Assembly (NCBI GenBank): GCA_041563475.1
Contig: JBFFMY010000002.1
Span: forward strand, 20,794 to 84,793
Direction of reading: 5' to 3'
Length of the DNA: 64,000 nucleotides
From: Salibacteraceae bacterium
GTDB taxonomy: Bacteria; Bacteroidota; Bacteroidia; Flavobacteriales_G; Salibacteraceae
Shown here: piece by piece, positions 30,600 to 40,810 of the stretch
Numbering within the stretch: position 1 is the stretch's first letter
Layout: each line of letters begins with the position of its first letter
Program-made: the position numbers and the translations under genes
The notes under the pieces: model-generated
Told to the model about the DNA's origin: nothing
Seen by the model: the letters and a program-made list of their open reading frames with translations, nothing else
The model's database searches: none

Positions 30600-31724
30600 A
30601 TGGGTGCGCCTTTAAATACTATAGAAGAAGCCATTGCCGACATTAAACTAGGTAAGGTTGTAATTGTTGTGGATGATGAAAATAGAGAGAACGAGGGTGA
30701 TTTTGTTGCTGCTGCAGAGCTAATAACTCCAGAACTGATTAATTACATGGCAACCCATGGAAGAGGATTAATTTGTACTCCCATTACGGCTGAACGGGCT
30801 GAAAGAGCTGGCTTAGGGTTAATGGTTGGGAATACATCAGATCCGCAAGAAACAGCTTTTACTGTATCTATAGATTTATTAGGAAGTGGAAATACCACAG
30901 GGATTTCAGCTGCAGATAGATCCAATACTATTCAAGCTTTAGTTGGACCCTCCCCAGAAAATCAACGATTTGGAAAGCCTGGTCATGTTTTTCCTCTAAT
31001 TGCCAAAAATGGAGGTGTTTTAAGACGAACAGGACATACCGAAGCAGCTATTGATTTGGCTCGTTTAGCTGGATTAGAACCTGCAGGAGTAATTGTTGAG
31101 ATCATGAATGAGGATGGAACAATGGCAAGACTACCCCAATTACGTGAAATAGCAAAAAAGTTAGATTTAAAACTCATCAGTATTGAAGATTTGATTGCCT
31201 ATCGAATGGAAAACGAATCTTTGATTGAGCGAATTTTTGAAGTTTCTGAAGCCCATTCTTTAGGGAACTTTAAACTTATAACCTATGAACAAACAACTAC
31301 GGGTGACAAGCATGTAGCTTTAACATTAGGAGAGTTTCACGAAGATGAACCTGTTTTAGTTAGAGTTCATTCTTCGTATGTTAAGGGAAGTGTATTCACA
31401 AGTTGTAATTGTACAACTGGCCCACATATTCATGCCGCTATGCGCCAAATTGAAAAAGAAGGAAAAGGAGCCATTTTATACATGCAACACGGTAATTCTT
31501 CCACTCCACTTAACGGAATTAAAACGGGTGGTTTAGATACGGTAAATGCTAAAATGAATTCTCCTGTTAAAATTGATAATAGGGACTACGGAATTGGTGC
31601 TCAAATTTTACGTGATTTAGGAATCAGTAAAATGAAAGTAATGTCAAGCCATTCTACTAAACGTACTGGAATTGTGGGCTACGGATTAGAAGTTACGGAA
31701 TATGTTCCTTTAGAATTGGCCTAA
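30600..31724 (+). CDS. ribB: 3,4-dihydroxy-2-butanone-4-phosphate synthase fused to a GTP-cyclohydrolase-II-like domain that looks degenerate
   Basis: The N-terminal DHBP synthase motifs are intact ([24 protein letters not shown]). The C-terminal domain aligns to RibA but reads [16 protein letters not shown] and QHGNSSTPL where RibA has VHSECLTGD...RCDC and QEGRGIGL. Confidence 0.85.
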   Translation: MGAPLNTIEEAIADIKLGKVVIVVDDENRENEGDFVAAAELITPELINYMATHGRGLICTPITAERAERAGLGLMVGNTSDPQETAFTVSIDLLGSGNTTGISAADRSNTIQALVGPSPENQRFGKPGHVFPLIAKNGGVLRRTGHTEAAIDLARLAGLEPAGVIVEIMNEDGTMARLPQLREIAKKLDLKLISIEDLIAYRMENESLIERIFEVSEAHSLGNFKLITYEQTTTGDKHVALTLGEFHEDEPVLVRVHSSYVKGSVFTSCNCTTGPHIHAAMRQIEKEGKGAILYMQHGNSSTPLNGIKTGGLDTVNAKMNSPVKIDNRDYGIGAQILRDLGISKMKVMSSHSTKRTGIVGYGLEVTEYVPLELA

Positions 31725-31726
31725 TC

Positions 31727-32755
31727 ATGTACAAATCTGTAATACGCCCCCTCCTATTCAGTTTTGCTCCAGAAAAAGCGCACGGAATTACTATGGGGCT
31801 CCTAAAATTTGGAATGGCCATTCCTGGGGTTAAATCCATTTTTAAAAGCCTTACCACAGTAAAAGACGATCGCTTAAAACGTACAGTTTTTGGACTTGAA
31901 TTTCCTAATCCCGTGGGTTTAGCCGCTGGTTTTGATAAAAATGCGGATTATTATTCGGAAATATCTGCCTTAGGTTTTGGTTTTATCGAAATTGGAACCG
32001 TTACACCCAAAGCACAACCAGGAAACCCAGCTCCTAGAATGTTTCGTTTACCAGCAGATGAAGGATTAATAAACCGAATGGGTTTTAATAACGGGGGCGT
32101 TAAAATGGCCATTGAAAACTTAAAAAATCGGCCAAAAGATTTAATTATTGGTGGGAATATTGGTAAAAACAAGGTGACACCAAATCCCGAAGCAATTAAT
32201 GATTACAACCTCGCTTTTGATGCTCTTTTTGATTATGTAGATTATTTTGTGGTCAACGTAAGTTCACCAAATACGCCCGGCTTAAGAGAGTTACAAGATA
32301 AAGGACCTCTAACAGAGATTTTAAATTCACTTCAAAATAAAAATAGAGCGAAAGCAAATCCCAAACCAATTTTACTCAAAATAGCTCCAGATTTAACCAA
32401 TTCGCAGTTAGATGATATTGTAGACATCATTACCGAAACTAAAACGGATGGTGTTATTGCTACAAATACCACCATAAGTAGAGATGGATTAAAAACCAAA
32501 GAATCAATTACCAATGAGATGGGCGGATTAAGTGGTAAACCAGTGAAAAATCGTTCTACTGAAGTCATTCGTTATTTAAGCACTAAATCAAATGGAAGCT
32601 TCCCTATTATTGGTGTAGGTGGAATTCAAACAGCCAAAGACGCAAAAGAAAAGTTGGATGCCGGAGCCTCTTTAGTCCAGGTTTATACAGGATTTATTTA
32701 TGAAGGCCCCATGATGGTTAAACGAATATGCGAAGAGCTTCTAGTTTCAAAATGA
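31727..32755 (+). CDS. pyrD: dihydroorotate dehydrogenase (quinone), class 2
   Basis: [25 protein letters not shown] and GVGGI motifs. Confidence 0.93.
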   Translation: MYKSVIRPLLFSFAPEKAHGITMGLLKFGMAIPGVKSIFKSLTTVKDDRLKRTVFGLEFPNPVGLAAGFDKNADYYSEISALGFGFIEIGTVTPKAQPGNPAPRMFRLPADEGLINRMGFNNGGVKMAIENLKNRPKDLIIGGNIGKNKVTPNPEAINDYNLAFDALFDYVDYFVVNVSSPNTPGLRELQDKGPLTEILNSLQNKNRAKANPKPILLKIAPDLTNSQLDDIVDIITETKTDGVIATNTTISRDGLKTKESITNEMGGLSGKPVKNRSTEVIRYLSTKSNGSFPIIGVGGIQTAKDAKEKLDAGASLVQVYTGFIYEGPMMVKRICEELLVSK

Positions 32756-32793
32756 AATTGCCTAGATTAATTTTACTTAACTAAATTAGCAGT

Positions 32794-33645
32794 ATGAAAA
32801 TCATTGAATGCCCACGAGATGCAATGCAAGGAATTCACGATTTTATCGATACGGATAAAAAAGTGAAATACATCAACCAATTGTTAAAAGTGGGATTTGA
32901 TACGCTAGACATGGGCAGTTTTGTTTCTCTAAAAGCCATTCCGCAAATGAGAGATACTGCGGAAGTTTTAAAACGAATTGATTTATCTAATACACAAACT
33001 AAATTACTTACCATAGTTGGAAACGAACGAGGCGCAAAAGAAGCCAGTAAATTTGAAGAAATAAGTTACCTCGGTTTTCCCTTTTCAATTTCTAATACAT
33101 TTCAAAAGCGTAATATAAATAGCTCTATTCAGGACTCGTTTCACCGGGCCGAAGAAATTCTAAATTGTTGCGTTATTGGACAAAAAGATCTTGTGGTGTA
33201 CATCTCAATGGCATTTGGAAACCCGTATGGTGATCCATGGGATGCAGATATTGTTTTGGAGTGGACACATAAGCTGCACAATGAGTTAGGTGTGGATATT
33301 ATCTCCCTTTCTGATACTATTGGAGTAGCAAAACCGAAAACTATTGAGTATTTGTTTAACTCCCTTATTCCTGAATTACCTCAAGTAGAATTTGGAGCTC
33401 ACTTACATACTACCCCAGATACGTGGAAAGAAAAAGTACAAGCTGCCGTAAATTCGGGTTGTGAACGATTTGATGGAGCCATAAAAGGATTTGGTGGTTG
33501 CCCAATGGCAAAAGATGATCTTACGGGAAATATGCCGACAGAAAACCTTATTCAATATTTCAATTCTAAAAAAATGGATATTGGAATTAATATGGAAGCT
33601 TTTACTCACGCTATGGAGATGACCACAGAAATATTTCCAATTTAA
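32794..33645 (+). CDS. hydroxymethylglutaryl-CoA lyase
   Basis: IIECPRDAMQG N-terminus, GAHLHTT metal site, and a GGCPMA motif. Confidence 0.88.
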   Translation: MKIIECPRDAMQGIHDFIDTDKKVKYINQLLKVGFDTLDMGSFVSLKAIPQMRDTAEVLKRIDLSNTQTKLLTIVGNERGAKEASKFEEISYLGFPFSISNTFQKRNINSSIQDSFHRAEEILNCCVIGQKDLVVYISMAFGNPYGDPWDADIVLEWTHKLHNELGVDIISLSDTIGVAKPKTIEYLFNSLIPELPQVEFGAHLHTTPDTWKEKVQAAVNSGCERFDGAIKGFGGCPMAKDDLTGNMPTENLIQYFNSKKMDIGINMEAFTHAMEMTTEIFPI

Positions 33646-33663
33646 GAAATGGGATTGTAATTA

Positions 33664-34713
33664 TCAGTTATCAAATTTCATTTTCAAGATCCTATCCTGG
33701 AAAACACATCCCGCATAAGCAGTATCGTTTTTTACCACTACTACGCTAGATCCTGAGATTTCTGCACCAGAATTTTCATACATTTTGGTAACTTCATAAT
33801 CCTTTTTTGGGTCAATTTTAAAAAACTGAGAAGGAGAATATTTTGTTGAGTCTTCTTCATGGCCAAGGAAATCAAACAATTTTGGATGGCCAGCTACCCA
33901 AATCATATCATTTTCATCTACATCAATATTATCTATTCCGGTAGGAATCGTTAAAGTTTCCTTTAAGATTAAACTGCCGGTTTTCTTATTTCGGTCTAAA
34001 ACAAAAACCTCATGACCCGTGGTATGCGATACGTATAATTTAGTGCCATCATTCGATAAATTTACTCCATTAGCATATACCATTCCTTTATGCACTTTTT
34101 TGTATTCCGATCCATTGTAATACAACAAATAGGCATATGGCATACGTAAATAGTCTTCCACCTTTCGCCAAAATGGCGTTCTGTTTCCATGGTCATTTGT
34201 CACATAAAATTTTCCAACCTCGTCTCCTACTACATCGTTTGGATGAAACATTTTTTCGTCCGTATAACCATATAAATGGTGTAAAAAATCTCCTTTAAAC
34301 TCAAATAACTCAACCGAATGGGCATCCCCATCATGATTGATTATATATAAATAGGAAACACTATCAACTTTAAATAACGAAATTCCATGAGGGTGAAAAT
34401 CCCCTTTGAAATCTGTTATTATTTTCACTGGTTGGGCATTTTCGTCATCCGTTTTCAAAATATAAATCCCATCTGTTTTAGGATTCAAACCTTCTAAAAT
34501 TTCCCAACGATTGGATGAAGAAATAAACAATAGATTATTCTCTCTATCCCAATCTAAATCTTCCGTTCCCCATACTCCACGATACATTTCAATTTCATTC
34601 CCAGAATTTTTACTGGAAATACTCTTAAAAACCCCGGCTTGAAGCATGGTGTCAAAAATGAAATATAAAATTCCTACTAAAATTAATAGAACTACTTTTT
34701 TTGTTGTGGTCAT
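33664..34713 (-). CDS. paraoxonase/arylesterase-like six-bladed beta-propeller protein with an N-terminal membrane anchor
   Basis: GIDNIDVDENDMIWVAGHP closely resembles the PON motif DNISVDPETGDLWVGCHP, and YANGVNLSNDGTKLYVSHT is also present. I prefer the start at MTTTKKVVLLILVG (34713) rather than the longer track ORF that overlaps the upstream gene. Confidence 0.7.
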   Translation of the reverse strand: MTTTKKVVLLILVGILYFIFDTMLQAGVFKSISSKNSGNEIEMYRGVWGTEDLDWDRENNLLFISSSNRWEILEGLNPKTDGIYILKTDDENAQPVKIITDFKGDFHPHGISLFKVDSVSYLYIINHDGDAHSVELFEFKGDFLHHLYGYTDEKMFHPNDVVGDEVGKFYVTNDHGNRTPFWRKVEDYLRMPYAYLLYYNGSEYKKVHKGMVYANGVNLSNDGTKLYVSHTTGHEVFVLDRNKKTGSLILKETLTIPTGIDNIDVDENDMIWVAGHPKLFDFLGHEEDSTKYSPSQFFKIDPKKDYEVTKMYENSGAEISGSSVVVVKNDTAYAGCVFQDRILKMKFDN

Positions 34714-34714
34714 T

Positions 34715-35587
34715 TTAATTCGTGTAAAGTTGCTCCGTTTGAATAAAGTTTCCTTGTTTATCGTCAAAATATCCGGAATATATTTGGCCTTGAAAGTCAA
34801 TAACTAAACCAATTGGATAGGTACCAAACGTAGAATAAAAGAATTGGCTTTTGGAGTCGGAAAATCCAATTTTCACAAGTTGTCCGTTTTCATTTACAGA
34901 TTCAATAATTAAATTTTTCTCGCGTATATTGCCATGAGATTTAAACACTAATTTCCCAATGGTGTAATTTTCTGAAATGAAATTCATTGATGTAGAATCC
35001 ACAGAATTCAAAACCCTATCCGTTAATTTGTCCTTTTTATATTTTCCAATCATAATTTCCTTATTCGTACATATTTGAAGTCCAAACCCCGTTTTATATC
35101 CTCCTGTACATGCCCCAAAATAAGCTACAGAGTCGATAAACATCCCATAGCCATCTACCATATCATTCTTAAAACTTCCAATCAAATAAGGCAACATTGT
35201 GGAGTCGTTCAATGGCTTACTCAGCACACCTAATCCTTTAAACTTCCCTTCAAACATTTCGCCCGTATACGTAATCCCGTTAGCAAAATGGAATTTCCCA
35301 TATCCTTCTGGAAAGTTATTTATGAACGAGCCTTCATACCAGGTGCTATCAATGAACTTTATTACACCCTGTCCTTCAGCAACATCATCTTTAAATTGGC
35401 CTGTATAGATTAAATCCTCTTTTGTTAAGGTTCCATATACTTTTTGACCATTTTCAAACTCCCCTTCATAGATATATCCACACGAACATTCAAATTTCCC
35501 ATATCCATCAATGCAGTTTCCTTCCAAACATTGAGAAAACCCGTGGAAATTTGAAATAAAAAAAATGAGACCAATAAAATATTTCAT
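34715..35587 (-). CDS. secreted MORN-repeat protein
   Basis: Signal peptide MKYFIGLIFFISNFHGFSQ, taking the start at 35587. Repeated YxGxxxxGxxxGxG units (YEGEFENGQKVYG, YTGQFKDDVAEGQG, YEGSFINNFPEGYG, YTGEMFEGKFKGLG). Confidence 0.75.
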   Translation of the reverse strand: MKYFIGLIFFISNFHGFSQCLEGNCIDGYGKFECSCGYIYEGEFENGQKVYGTLTKEDLIYTGQFKDDVAEGQGVIKFIDSTWYEGSFINNFPEGYGKFHFANGITYTGEMFEGKFKGLGVLSKPLNDSTMLPYLIGSFKNDMVDGYGMFIDSVAYFGACTGGYKTGFGLQICTNKEIMIGKYKKDKLTDRVLNSVDSTSMNFISENYTIGKLVFKSHGNIREKNLIIESVNENGQLVKIGFSDSKSQFFYSTFGTYPIGLVIDFQGQIYSGYFDDKQGNFIQTEQLYTN

Positions 35588-35692
35588 GAATTTTACTGTT
35601 TTACCAATTCTTAAAAGAGTTTCTTGAAAATATATTGTGTAATACGCCACTAAAATATAATTATGTTTGTAACCACCTACTAAATAAAACAA

Positions 35693-36466
35693 ATGGAAAT
35701 AAGACAAACTTTATTGGATACAGAAATGATTTTAAAGGATTTCATTTCAATGATTGTATCGGAAAGTCTAGGAGATAATTGGATTCCTCAAAGCGGCTTA
35801 AGTGAGCTTAGATTGCGTGAATTAGAGTTGATCCGTACCAAGTATCAAGAAGACAATAACACCATGACCTCTGAGGGTCGATTAATAAATTTTTGCAACT
35901 TCATTGATCTTGCTAAAATTGTTGAAAAGCAATGGAATACGCAATTTGAAGTAGCTTTCGGCTATCCAGAAAGTTTAAAAACGTATTTAACCTCTTTGCA
36001 AAGGTTTAACAATCCTGACGCCTACAATCGTCCATTAATGAGTTTTGAAAAACATTTAATTTTAGGTGTTTGTGGTACTATTCGAAACAATATTGCCGTT
36101 TATAGAAGCTGGAAGGAAGTCGGAAAGGATGGATTCCCACTTATTGAGACCGTAAAAGATAATTTCGGTAATTTATGGACTTTGGGCATGCCTAAAAAGC
36201 TTAAAACGCAACTTTCAATAACTGAAGGGGATATTCTAGAATTTGTAATCATTGCTTCTGATCCAAAAGATGAATTTTTGGAATATCGAATTTTCCCTAA
36301 TAAATGGCAAACTGGTAATGTTCTTCAACGCCAAATTAATAGGGATGATCTTGGGAAAGAAGTTACCTTTCAAATTGGGATAAGAAGTAAGCGAAACTAC
36401 CATGCGTACCCTATGGGATATGACGATAGAATTTCCTTTGTCTATTCAATTTTACCAAAAAAATAA
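35693..36466 (+). CDS. Swt1-like HEPN-domain protein (degenerate R-x-H motif) with a C-terminal beta-rich domain
   Basis: The N-terminal ~130 aa follow the Swt1-like HEPN layout: ...LGDNWIPQSG...FCNFIDLAKIVEKQWNTQFEVAF...LTSLQRFNNPDAYNRPL. RFNNPDAY occupies the position of the R-x4-6-H motif. The family call rests on recalled consensus, not a search. Confidence 0.55.
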   Translation: MEIRQTLLDTEMILKDFISMIVSESLGDNWIPQSGLSELRLRELELIRTKYQEDNNTMTSEGRLINFCNFIDLAKIVEKQWNTQFEVAFGYPESLKTYLTSLQRFNNPDAYNRPLMSFEKHLILGVCGTIRNNIAVYRSWKEVGKDGFPLIETVKDNFGNLWTLGMPKKLKTQLSITEGDILEFVIIASDPKDEFLEYRIFPNKWQTGNVLQRQINRDDLGKEVTFQIGIRSKRNYHAYPMGYDDRISFVYSILPKK

Positions 36467-36484
36467 AGATAATCGCCTCAATTT

Positions 36485-37549
36485 TTACCCTTTTTTAGAA
36501 TATATCGTTTGCGTAGGGAATGCGATTTCCAAATTATTAGTATTGAATTCCTTTAATATTTTTAGATTCATTTCGGATTGTACGCCAAAAATATCCTCTC
36601 CACTAGAAATGTAGTATATAAAGGTGATTCCTAATGAAAAGTCCCCGAAATCAGTAAATGAAATATAGCGTAATTCGTCTACACTTTTCATTGATTTATG
36701 AATGCCATCCAATAAATCCATGGCTAGTTCCATTTGTTCTGGGGTAGTACTGTACGTTAAACCAAGATTCAATATCACTTTCCTAGAGGGTTCTAAGGTT
36801 ACATTCTCCACCATCCCATCAATAAACTTGGAGTTTGGAATAGTTACAACACGGCCTTCAAGGGTTTTTAGTCGCGTACTACGTATTCCTATTTCAGTAA
36901 CAGTTCCATCAAAACCATTTATTTTTATTCTATCGTTAATTCTAAACGGTTTGTCTGAAAAAATAGTAAATCCTCCAAAAATATTCGCGATGGATTCTTT
37001 GGCCGCCATTGCAAATGCGATACCTCCAATACCCATACCCGCAATGATCGCACCCACATTATAACCCGCATTATTCAAGGCCACAATAATTCCTAATGTC
37101 CAAAATAAAAAACGTGATCCTTTTTGAAGAATAGGCAAAAGTTGGTCATCAAAATCACTCTCCGTTTTTTCAGCTAATGGTTTCAAATACTCCTCTATGA
37201 AAGCATCTATTAATCTCACAATAAGCCAAGTTGCACCTAAAGTCACGAGAAAATAATACACATGGGCAACCATATTATCGATACCCTCTGTAAAAGACAA
37301 TCGTTCTAATCCGTACCAACTCGATAATAAAGTAACTAGAAATACAATGGGCTCTTTGCTCGCATTAAGTAATAGGTCATCTAAGTTTGTAGCTGTTTTA
37401 TACGTCAATCTACCTACAAATTTGTTTAAAAACCAATAAAGCATTCTGGCGATTAAAATTGCGCCAAAAATTAACCCAAGGCTAATCGCCCAATTACCTA
37501 CCGTATTATAATAAAACTCTTTGGTAAGAAACTCATTTAAACTTTCCAT
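36485..37549 (-). CDS. mechanosensitive ion channel family protein (MscS-like, larger paralog)
   Basis: Multiple TM segments followed by PFRINDRIKINGFDGTVTEIGIRSTRLKTLEGRVVTIPNS. Confidence 0.85.
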   Translation of the reverse strand: MESLNEFLTKEFYYNTVGNWAISLGLIFGAILIARMLYWFLNKFVGRLTYKTATNLDDLLLNASKEPIVFLVTLLSSWYGLERLSFTEGIDNMVAHVYYFLVTLGATWLIVRLIDAFIEEYLKPLAEKTESDFDDQLLPILQKGSRFLFWTLGIIVALNNAGYNVGAIIAGMGIGGIAFAMAAKESIANIFGGFTIFSDKPFRINDRIKINGFDGTVTEIGIRSTRLKTLEGRVVTIPNSKFIDGMVENVTLEPSRKVILNLGLTYSTTPEQMELAMDLLDGIHKSMKSVDELRYISFTDFGDFSLGITFIYYISSGEDIFGVQSEMNLKILKEFNTNNLEIAFPTQTIYSKKG

Positions 37550-37550
37550 A

Positions 37551-38117
37551 CTATTTTAGATTTATCCAATTTTCTAACATCTTATTTCCATTTGGGGTCA
37601 TAACCGATTCTGGATGAAATTGCACACCCGTTAACGGATATTTATTATGCCTAATTGCCATAATTACCCCTTCGTCATCTTCTGCCAACTTAATAAATTC
37701 ACTTGGCAACATCTGTTCAAGAACGCCCCAAGAATGATATAAACCCACTTCTTGCTTTAGATTCAATCCCTTAAACAGGCATTCCGAATTTAGAACGCGA
37801 ATATATTTTGATTCTCCATGACGAACAGGATTTAAATTCGTTAATTCTCCATTGAAATATTCTACCATAGCTTGAAACCCTAAACACACTCCTAGCATGG
37901 GTATTTCCTTATGATATCGATCAATTACCGATAGCATTAAACCCGCTTCTTCGGGTAATGATGGACCCGGTGAAAAAATTATTTTATCAAACGATGCAAC
38001 ATCTTCCAAATTAAAACGGTTATTCCTACATACGACTAATTCATCAACCAATGGTTCTATAGCATGAACCAAATTATAGGTGAACGAATCGTAATTATCA
38101 ATGAGTAAAATGCGCAT
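37551..38117 (-). CDS. pabA: anthranilate/aminodeoxychorismate synthase component II (glutamine amidotransferase)
   Basis: MRILLIDNYDSFTYNL start, catalytic GVCLGFQ, and GVQFHPES. The ATG at 38117 is preferred over the upstream track start. Confidence 0.88.
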   Translation of the reverse strand: MRILLIDNYDSFTYNLVHAIEPLVDELVVCRNNRFNLEDVASFDKIIFSPGPSLPEEAGLMLSVIDRYHKEIPMLGVCLGFQAMVEYFNGELTNLNPVRHGESKYIRVLNSECLFKGLNLKQEVGLYHSWGVLEQMLPSEFIKLAEDDEGVIMAIRHNKYPLTGVQFHPESVMTPNGNKMLENWINLK

Positions 38118-38270
38118 TTGTGCAAAGGAAAAAAACAATTAGTAATACAAATATGAATTTCCTAATAGTTTAAAATTTGTTAACTAAAATTAATTTTTTG
38201 AATTGAATTTAAATAATATGTACTTTCACTTCGCCTGCGGTGAAAATCAATCGAACTAATACTAAAGAAA

Positions 38271-38612
38271 ATGAAATCAGCTTTTACACTTTTTATAGGC
38301 ATTTCCCTCTTCAGTTTGAATGCTTTCTCTAATCCGTATGATTCTGAGTACTTTATCTGTAAGTTTAATCAATCTATTACCGCATTTGAATTAAACGAAC
38401 TTAAACAAGAAGGTTTTCAGGTATTTGAAACAACCACTTCAAATCACGTGGTTTACGTTAAAGCCAAATCAGATGCTGTTTTTTCCACTAAATTAAAAGC
38501 GAAAATGAACGAATTAATTAAAGTGGATAAAAATGGAAATCGCGTCTATATTGTTGAAACGGTTACCGAAGAATCACCTGAGTTTTTAAAATTATTTTTT
38601 AATTTTATTTAA
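38271..38612 (+). CDS. small secreted hypothetical protein
   Basis: Signal peptide MKSAFTLFIGISLFSLNAFS. No recognisable domain. Confidence 0.5.
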   Translation: MKSAFTLFIGISLFSLNAFSNPYDSEYFICKFNQSITAFELNELKQEGFQVFETTTSNHVVYVKAKSDAVFSTKLKAKMNELIKVDKNGNRVYIVETVTEESPEFLKLFFNFI

Positions 38613-38613
38613 A

Positions 38614-39729
38614 CTATCGAATTTGATTAATTCGAATTTTTAATTCTCTTTCTATAGCCTTTAGCTTCGCAATTTCCTGAGTAGTTACAAAACTAATTGC
38701 CAAACCTCTTTTTCCACCTCTGGCAGTTCTTCCACTTCTATGTGTGTAAAATTCTAATTGAGAAGGCACATCGTAATGCACCACATAACTTAATCCTTCG
38801 ATATCAATTCCTCTAGCAGCTACATCCGTAGAAACCAAAATCTGTAAGGAATCATTTTTAATTCTGCGCATCACCTTATCGCGATCTTTTTGATGCATAT
38901 CTCCTTCTAATGCTTCACAATTATAATTTTTGGATTTCAATTGTTTAGACAATGTAATAGCCGTTTTCTTCGTAGTACAGAAAATTACTCCACGAGCTCG
39001 ACCTTGAGATTTCAAAAACTGAATTAACATGTCTAATTTATCATGTTCACGCACCACCACAAACTGGTGCTCAATCTTCGTGTTTACAACCTCATTTTGA
39101 CTTACTGAAATATGCTCCGCATTTGGACTTAAATAATCATTTATGATTGCCTTTATCTCTTTCGGTATAGTAGCTGAAAAAAGCCACGTTTGTTTTCTAC
39201 TTTCCACTTTGGACAAAATAGATTCTAAGTCCTTTTTAAAACCCATATTCAACATCTCATCCGCTTCGTCTAAAATCACCGTTTTAATTGAATTCAGGTT
39301 AACAACATCACGTTCCACCAAATCTAGCAACCTACCTGGTGTTGCAACCAAAATATGGGTGGTTCTATTCAATCGACTTAACTGTTTAGATATATGCTCC
39401 CCTCCAAACACAGCTTCTGTAAATATTTTTTTAGGCGAATACTTCGTAAATTTAAATAGTTGTTTAGCTATTTGCTGACCTAATTCACGTGTAGGGCTCA
39501 AAATCAAAACCTGTGTCTTTTCACTTTTGGGATTTATTTGATGCAATACAGGCAATCCAAAGGCAGCGGTTTTCCCTGTCCCTGTTTGGGCCTGAACTAC
39601 CACATCAGATGTGTTTTGAAGTAAAAAAGGAATTACCTTTTCTTGAACTGGAGTAGGTTCTAAAATACCTAATTCGCTAATTGCCTTGACGTAATCTGGT
39701 TTTACACCTAATTTTGAAAAACTTGCCAC
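38614..39729 (-). CDS. DEAD-box ATP-dependent RNA helicase (core only, 371 aa)
   Basis: Q-motif ...PTPVQ, AQTGTGKT, DEAD, SAT and HRSGRTAR. GTG start. Confidence 0.9.
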   Translation of the reverse strand: MASFSKLGVKPDYVKAISELGILEPTPVQEKVIPFLLQNTSDVVVQAQTGTGKTAAFGLPVLHQINPKSEKTQVLILSPTRELGQQIAKQLFKFTKYSPKKIFTEAVFGGEHISKQLSRLNRTTHILVATPGRLLDLVERDVVNLNSIKTVILDEADEMLNMGFKKDLESILSKVESRKQTWLFSATIPKEIKAIINDYLSPNAEHISVSQNEVVNTKIEHQFVVVREHDKLDMLIQFLKSQGRARGVIFCTTKKTAITLSKQLKSKNYNCEALEGDMHQKDRDKVMRRIKNDSLQILVSTDVAARGIDIEGLSYVVHYDVPSQLEFYTHRSGRTARGGKRGLAISFVTTQEIAKLKAIERELKIRINQIR

Positions 39730-39814
39730 TATGTTGGTTTTGAAATTGGCTGCAAAGGTAACCTAAACGTGTAATTTTAAATGGGATTAAACAGAGTATG
39801 CAAATTTTTCAATC

Positions 39815-40384
39815 CTATTTAAACAACCCTTTGATTTTAGCCTGCGTAGCTCCATATCCATATTCAAAATAATCAGCATCCATAAATTCAATGTTTCCAT
39901 GACTTTTAAGAACTTTTCTGACTTCTTGTTTCAACACACCTTCTCCAACTCCATGAATAACAACAAATTCTGTAATTCTTTTTTCCAAACAAACAGAAAT
40001 AAACCTTTCCATTTTCTCAATTTGAATCTGAAGCATTTCTGAATTAGACAACAATTTCGGATTATCTACCAATTCATAGATATGTAAATCAATTTCCGTA
40101 ATGCCTTTCGGATTTATATTCTCTACATAATCTATTTCGAATTCTAGAATTTTCTTTTTAGGGGTAACTTGTTTTTTACTAGTGAGGACATTATCAAACG
40201 ACTTTTCATTCGCTCGGTGAATAGAGTTTTTATCTTCTCCAATCTTTATTAAATGTGTCAGTGCATAATCAAATTCAAAACCATCAATTTCAACCGTAAC
40301 TACATTTGATTTCGATAGTCCAGTTATTACCCCTTCACCATCTTCATCTAAAACTTTTACAAAGTCACCAATCCTAAATTCCAT
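39815..40384 (-). CDS. Smr-domain protein (DUF2027-type N-terminus)
   Basis: The C-terminal Smr domain contains EIDLHIYEL... and VIHGVGEGVLKQEVRKVL. Confidence 0.78.
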   Translation of the reverse strand: MEFRIGDFVKVLDEDGEGVITGLSKSNVVTVEIDGFEFDYALTHLIKIGEDKNSIHRANEKSFDNVLTSKKQVTPKKKILEFEIDYVENINPKGITEIDLHIYELVDNPKLLSNSEMLQIQIEKMERFISVCLEKRITEFVVIHGVGEGVLKQEVRKVLKSHGNIEFMDADYFEYGYGATQAKIKGLFK

Positions 40385-40780
40385 TTAGCAAAAGTAAAAA
40401 ACAAAGGTGCCATTTGTCTTATCGTTGAGATATAACCACAAAGTGCCTATTCATTGATTTAACATGTCTGCGCAGCTAGTTATAGCGCAATAATTTCAAA
40501 AAACAATACACCGATATTATATGGCGATGAACATTTTTTAGTCTGTTTTCCATTATTGAATCGCTACAATTCCAGTTTTAAGGCCGTTTTGCGGAATATT
40601 CACCTCTATTTTGAGGCCGAAAGGCGGTAATTAGCGCAATTAAAAACTCAAAAAAATTCAATTATTTATAATATTTGGTCAAAATATCATCGGAAACCCT
40701 TATTCTCACTACAAAATAGGCCCAGTTATTAACAATTGTTTGTAGTTTTCAACAAAATCACCCAATTGTATTCGAGAACC

Positions 40781-40810
40781 TTGGCAGCATTGACATATAG
40801 CCTATATTTG
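40781..40810 (+). promoter_or_regulatory. Bacteroidetes-type sigma-A promoter of the HU gene
   Basis: TTG (40781-40783), 19-nt spacer, then TATATTTG (40803-40810). This matches the -33 TTG / -7 TAnnTTTG consensus, 46 nt upstream of the ATG. Confidence 0.6.

Noticed and set aside
33664-35707. Apparent 86-nt overlap between ORFs 33664-34800 and 34715-35707, plus long N-terminal extensions.
   Set aside because: Both extensions precede obvious signal/anchor peptides that begin at internal Met codons (34713 and 35587). Using those starts removes the overlap, so this is an ORF-caller artefact rather than overlapping genes.
36402-36614. 70-aa plus-strand ORF spanning the end of the HEPN-like gene and the 3' end of the MscS-like gene.
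   Set aside because: It overlaps two better-supported genes in other frames or strands and has no motif support.
40575-40631. Two ~24-nt direct repeats with a 33-nt period, which might be a mini-CRISPR.
   Set aside because: There are only two imperfect copies, the spacer is only ~10 nt, and the window has no cas genes and no further repeats. This is not a CRISPR array. It is kept as an unexplained repeat in the findings.
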